Assembly: GCA_963675785.1 (NCBI GenBank)
Contig: OY776562.1
Span: forward strand, 1,600,001 to 1,664,000
Reading direction: 5' to 3'
Length of the DNA: 64,000 bases
Origin: Anaerolineae bacterium
Lineage (GTDB): Bacteria; Chloroflexota; Anaerolineae; UBA1429
Made by a program: the position numbers and the translations under genes. This document shows, piece by piece, positions 59,979-64,000 of the stretch (position 1 is its first letter; each line of letters starts with the position of its first letter). The notes beneath the pieces are model-generated. The model had not been told where the DNA came from. It did not search any database and was given only the letters and a program-made list of their open reading frames with translations.

Positions 59979-60974
59979 ATGCGGCGAACATATGTCGCCG
60001 ATCTGCGCATCGACGATCGCGTTAAACAAGATTTTCTGCTTCGAGAAGTTCAGATACAAACCACCCGCCGAGGAGACACTATGTTGCGGGTTCGTCTGGC
60101 TGACCGTACTGGCAGCATCAATGGCATCATGCACAATCCCCACGATGGCATCGTTGGGCGGCTGCGTGATTCTGTTGGCGCCATGGTGACCGGCTATGTC
60201 AGCGAGTACCATGAACAGGTACAGATCTCGATAGACAGCATTACCCCTATTGAATTGACCAACTTGGCCGACTTTTTACCGCCGCCCCGCCATTCGATGG
60301 ACGAGATGACGGCCGAACTGGATGCCCTGATCGATTCAATCAACGATCCGCACCTGGCACTACTGCTGGCCGAGTTCTTTGCTGACAAAACCTTTTATGA
60401 TCAGTTTATCAGCACGACCGCGGCCACACGCATGCATCATGCCTGCTACGGCGGGTTGCTGGAACATACCCTGGCTGTATGCCGCATAGCCAGCGCTTCG
60501 TCAGAGCTCTATCCCGAGGTCGACCACGATCTGGTGATGAGCATCGCCCTGCTGCATGACCTGGGCAAGGTCAAGTCCTATGATCCGGTGACTTTTCAGC
60601 TGACGGACGAGGGTCGCCTGTTGGGCCATATCAACATCGAGTTCAGCGAGATCGATTCGGCCATCGGCGAGATCGAGGGATTTCCGCCCGAGATGCGCCT
60701 GCGTGTTCTGCATGGGTTGCTGGCCAGCCATGGTCGACCCGAATGGGGCTCGCCCGTGGCGCCCATGACGTTAGAGGCCATGATCGTCTTCCATGCCGAC
60801 AGCCTGGTAGCCGACGTGCGCGGCGCTATCGATCATTTCGAACGTGAAGGCGGCAACTCGACCTTTACTGAGCGCAGTATGGGGCATGGTAACAATCGAC
60901 TCTACCGTGGTGAGAATTATGACAACCACACTGAAATGTATGAGAGCAGCGATTGGGAATCCTCTAGCGAGTGA
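59979..60974 (+). CDS. yhaM: OB-fold plus HD-domain 3'-5' exoribonuclease (YhaM-like)
   Basis: LADRTGSI OB fold; HHACYGGLLEHT, LLHDLGK, SHG.PEWGSP. Confidence 0.85.
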   Translation: MRRTYVADLRIDDRVKQDFLLREVQIQTTRRGDTMLRVRLADRTGSINGIMHNPHDGIVGRLRDSVGAMVTGYVSEYHEQVQISIDSITPIELTNLADFLPPPRHSMDEMTAELDALIDSINDPHLALLLAEFFADKTFYDQFISTTAATRMHHACYGGLLEHTLAVCRIASASSELYPEVDHDLVMSIALLHDLGKVKSYDPVTFQLTDEGRLLGHINIEFSEIDSAIGEIEGFPPEMRLRVLHGLLASHGRPEWGSPVAPMTLEAMIVFHADSLVADVRGAIDHFEREGGNSTFTERSMGHGNNRLYRGENYDNHTEMYESSDWESSSE

Positions 60975-61485
60975 CCCAATAACGTACTGCAGGCCCGATG
61001 CCGTGATCGTCAAAAGCGGCGTCGGGCTTTTTTTGTACCAACTGTACATCGAGTGAGCCGTATTCCAGGGCACGCATGGGGCAAGCGCGCACACAGGTAG
61101 GCCGAAGGCCAGCAGCCAATTCATCGGCACAACCATCGCATTTGCTGGCCACCTCAGCCACCAAGGTGACTGCGCCAAAGGGACAGGCCTCGATACAGGC
61201 ACCACAACCAATGCAAACTTCAGTGTCGATCTGCACCAGATCCAACTCATTACGAGTAACTGCCTCTACCGGGCAAACCGGCAGGCAGGCTGGATCATCA
61301 CAATGCCAGCAGTGCGTCGGGCGATAGTTGAACGATATCGCCGGATAGGCGCCCCGCTCCTCCAGTGGCACACGCAGCCAGATAACATCCCCAGCCAAAT
61401 CGGCCCGATCACGACAGGCCACAGCACAAGCGTAGCAGCCGGTACACCGAGAGATATCAATGATAAAGCCCTCTCTGTTGCTCAT
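60964..61485 (-). CDS. 4Fe-4S dicluster subunit (DmsB-like)
   Basis: CTGCYAC..AC, CWHC..PAC..VCP, CIGCGAC..ACP, KCDGC..CVRACP. Confidence 0.9.
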   Translation of the reverse strand: MSNREGFIIDISRCTGCYACAVACRDRADLAGDVIWLRVPLEERGAYPAISFNYRPTHCWHCDDPACLPVCPVEAVTRNELDLVQIDTEVCIGCGACIEACPFGAVTLVAEVASKCDGCADELAAGLRPTCVRACPMRALEYGSLDVQLVQKKPDAAFDDHGIGPAVRYWVTR

Positions 61486-63590
61486 GCGCCCGCCCTCTCG
61501 ATCTCGACGTGAAAGCTGTGTGTGGCCGTGCCCCCCGAAGGCGACAATTCCGAGCCAGTAAGCACATTGGCACAACCGCCCACGTCCACGCCATCCTCCG
61601 GCGCATACCAGGCACCTTCGTAAATGCAGACCACACCCGGCATGATGCGCCCGGTGACATAGGCCGGCAGACGCACCCGCCCATTTCGGTTGAACACCTC
61701 GACCCTATCGCCGTCGGCAATACCGCGAGCAGTGGCATCCTGAGGGTTGATCCACACCCGCTGCACTTCTAGTTCCTGCAGCCAGGGGTTGCCGGCCATG
61801 CTGGAATTGGCCCGCAGCTTGTGGTGCGGCGTCAGCAGATGCAGCGGCAAGTCTTCGGTGCCGGTGGGCACCGGCTCGCTATATTCGGGCAGCTCGGGCA
61901 GGTTGTAGCGCGGTGCACCCGAGGAGGCGAGCTCGATACGCCCCGAATGGGTATGCAAGGGATGGGCAGCAGGATCCTGGCGAAACTCGCGCAGAGCCAC
62001 ACGTGGGTACGGGTCACCACGGTAAACGCCCATCTCGCGTAGCGGCTGTTCATGCTGGCTCTGGCTGAGCATGTACTCTACCCATTCGGCCTCGGTGCGA
62101 CCGACAGTGTAGGCCTCACGTAAGCCAAAGCGTTCGGCCAGCCCGGCAAAAATAGCGTAATCGCTACGCGCCTCACCGGCGGCCTCAACCACCTGCTGAC
62201 TCCAAAAAGCCTGCAGGTCATACCCCCAAGATGAGACGATATCAGGATGTTCCATCTCGGTAGCGGCGGGCAGTACGATATCGGCCAGGCGCGCCGTGGG
62301 CGTAAAAAAGGGATCGATCACCGCCACGAAATCCAGGCCCATGAGTGCCTCGATGTTGGCCCGTGTGTTGGAGCTGCGATTCACCAGGTTGCTGGCGGTA
62401 ATGAGCGCCGTGGTTACTGGCGGGTTCAGCCGCTTCTGAAGAATATCCTGTGCCCAGGCTGGTGCCGAAAGAGTGCGCCCCATGCCATAGGGTCCACGCG
62501 GCAGAGCGGCAAACTGCAGGGGCCGTCCTCCGGGGCTAGTAGTGGCCAAGGCACCGCCAGGAATGCCCACGTTGCCACTGATGCAAGAGAGAGCGAGCAC
62601 TGCCCGCGACCACTGCTCGCCCACCAGGGTACGCTGCGGCCCCCAACCGGGCAAAAGTGCCGCCGGGCTTTGTTGTGCATACTCGCGGGCCAGGCTAGCG
62701 ATGCGCTCGGCAGGTACACCACAAATCCCCTCGGCCCAAGCGGGCGTCTTGGCCTGACCGTCGTTGCGGCCCAACAAATAATCGGCAAATTCGGCATAGC
62801 CCGCCATGCAGCGAGCGATGAAATCGCGGTCGGCCAGGTTCTTGCATTCCAGCACGTAGCACATTGCCAAAACCATAGCCGTATCGGTGCCCGGACGAAT
62901 GGGAATCCACTCGTCCGCCAATACCCCACTGTCAGTCCAACGAGGATCGATGAGTACCACGCGAGCGCCGCGTTCGCGAGCATCAGCCACAAAGCGAGCC
63001 GTGTTGTGCGACATGTGCAATTCGGCGGGGTTCATGCCCCACAGAATGATCAGCCGTGAGTTGAGCAGATCGGCACGATCAGAACAAGGCAGTATATCGC
63101 CCAACATCAGGCGGGCGGCCAGATCAATGCTGTGGGAACTCATGTTGCCGGTCAGGTAGCTCACCGGCGCGTAATGGGTGAAAAAGCGGTGCATAGCCGC
63201 CGCACCGCTAATGCCGCGACCGCCGCCAGAGCCATGCCCACCTGCCGCCAAAATGGCCTGTGGACCATGCTCGGCACGGGCAGAATCGAGTGCGGCAGAA
63301 ACCTCGTCTACAGCCTCATCCCATGAAATCGGCTCGAACTCACCAGAACCGCGAGGGCCCGTTCTGCGTAGAGGATTGAGTAGTCGTGAAGATGCATTGA
63401 GCATCCCTCGATGGGCTCGACCACGAGCGCAGGGCACTAAGCGAGGCAGTTCGGGGGTATCGGCATCGTCGGGCGTATCGATACGCAGCAAAACCCCATT
63501 GCGCACCACAGCATGCAATACGCAGCGCGAACCGCAGTCTAGCGTGCAGGTAAAGGGTAGGTGTTGTTCAGTTTGCGGCTCAATACTCAA
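61482..63590 (-). CDS. Molybdopterin oxidoreductase catalytic subunit (DMSO-reductase family, DmsA-like)
   Basis: CTLDCGSRC...CARGR, PIRPGTD, KTPAWA, TPTARLADIVLP, C-terminal molydop-binding domain. Confidence 0.9.
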   Translation of the reverse strand: MSIEPQTEQHLPFTCTLDCGSRCVLHAVVRNGVLLRIDTPDDADTPELPRLVPCARGRAHRGMLNASSRLLNPLRRTGPRGSGEFEPISWDEAVDEVSAALDSARAEHGPQAILAAGGHGSGGGRGISGAAAMHRFFTHYAPVSYLTGNMSSHSIDLAARLMLGDILPCSDRADLLNSRLIILWGMNPAELHMSHNTARFVADARERGARVVLIDPRWTDSGVLADEWIPIRPGTDTAMVLAMCYVLECKNLADRDFIARCMAGYAEFADYLLGRNDGQAKTPAWAEGICGVPAERIASLAREYAQQSPAALLPGWGPQRTLVGEQWSRAVLALSCISGNVGIPGGALATTSPGGRPLQFAALPRGPYGMGRTLSAPAWAQDILQKRLNPPVTTALITASNLVNRSSNTRANIEALMGLDFVAVIDPFFTPTARLADIVLPAATEMEHPDIVSSWGYDLQAFWSQQVVEAAGEARSDYAIFAGLAERFGLREAYTVGRTEAEWVEYMLSQSQHEQPLREMGVYRGDPYPRVALREFRQDPAAHPLHTHSGRIELASSGAPRYNLPELPEYSEPVPTGTEDLPLHLLTPHHKLRANSSMAGNPWLQELEVQRVWINPQDATARGIADGDRVEVFNRNGRVRLPAYVTGRIMPGVVCIYEGAWYAPEDGVDVGGCANVLTGSELSPSGGTATHSFHVEIERAGA

Positions 63591-63604
63591 TTTTTGACAT
63601 CCTC

Positions 63605-63665
63605 AACAATTTTAATGAATTATGCAACAAAATTGTTTGACTAACCGTATAGAATATTGTATGAT
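63605..63665. promoter_or_regulatory. Inverted repeat and rightward sigma70-like promoter
   Basis: AACAATTTT-N15-AAAATTGTT (63605-63637) abutting TTGACT-17 nt-TATGAT (63637-63665). Confidence 0.45.
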
Positions 63666-63799
63666 TCAGACAATATGAGCAACTTATTTGGGCAACTGCC
63701 CAATACCCTGGCCAGGGATACACGCTCAAACTGCCTGCATACGGAATGCTATACGATGGCCACAAGCCAAAAGATGATCGGCATTTAGGAGACATTCTA

Positions 63800-64000
63800 A
63801 TGAGCCGAGACCCTTTTCGCCAACTGGCCCGACAAAGGATGTCGAACATGAGCACGAACGATTACGAGTTCACCACCCTGACGCTTGCCTACCACAAAGA
63901 ACTATTAAGCAAAAGGCTACTGCGCAGGAACAGTGGCTGCAATCAAGTAAAACGAATCCTCCAGATACGTTGGGCACACTGGCATATTGCCGTGCCCTAC
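63800..64000 (+). CDS. Possible 5' end of a hypothetical gene (truncated by the window edge)
   Basis: AGGAG then ATG 63800; the frame is open to the end (MSRDPFRQLAR...); no recognisable motif. Confidence 0.3.
   Translation, partial: MSRDPFRQLARQRMSNMSTNDYEFTTLTLAYHKELLSKRLLRRNSGCNQVKRILQIRWAHWHIAVPY

Noticed and set aside
63613-63630. Rex-like operator upstream of the molybdoenzyme
   Set aside because: Only a partial match to TTGTGAA-N4-TTCACAA within AT-rich sequence.

Overview
Bacterial chromosomal window, probably Chloroflexota/Anaerolineae (inferred from Tat-lipoprotein solute-binding proteins with PT/AT-rich linkers and a secreted protein ending in an 'FVPLIMR' motif). No rRNA, tRNA, CRISPR array, integrase or transposase was seen. 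The dominant structure is a carbohydrate-foraging-like locus (about 5-37.5 kb). It has a LacI regulator and EIGHT paralogous family-5 ABC solute-binding lipoprotein genes (SBP1-8; SBP6 is frameshifted), each with its own terminator and upstream region, and no import permease or ATPase in the window. Around them lie three esterases, a six-hairpin glycosidase-like protein, a heparinase II/III protein, a Hyi-family isomerase and two beta-helix proteins. The SBP paralogs are block mosaics: all four combinations of two N-proximal and two C-proximal motif types occur. Their 5' leaders carry two classes of conserved hairpins with compensatory changes; in class I the hairpin can extend over the ribosome-binding site. 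The rest of the window holds an AT-rich type IV restriction-like gene next to a pseudogene, three GAF-PAS hybrid histidine kinases, two ABC-2 exporter operons, a cold-shock protein with an RGG tail, pdp, a YhaM-like nuclease and a cytoplasmic DmsAB-like molybdoenzyme pair. All family calls come from reading motifs by eye; no searches or folding programs were run.
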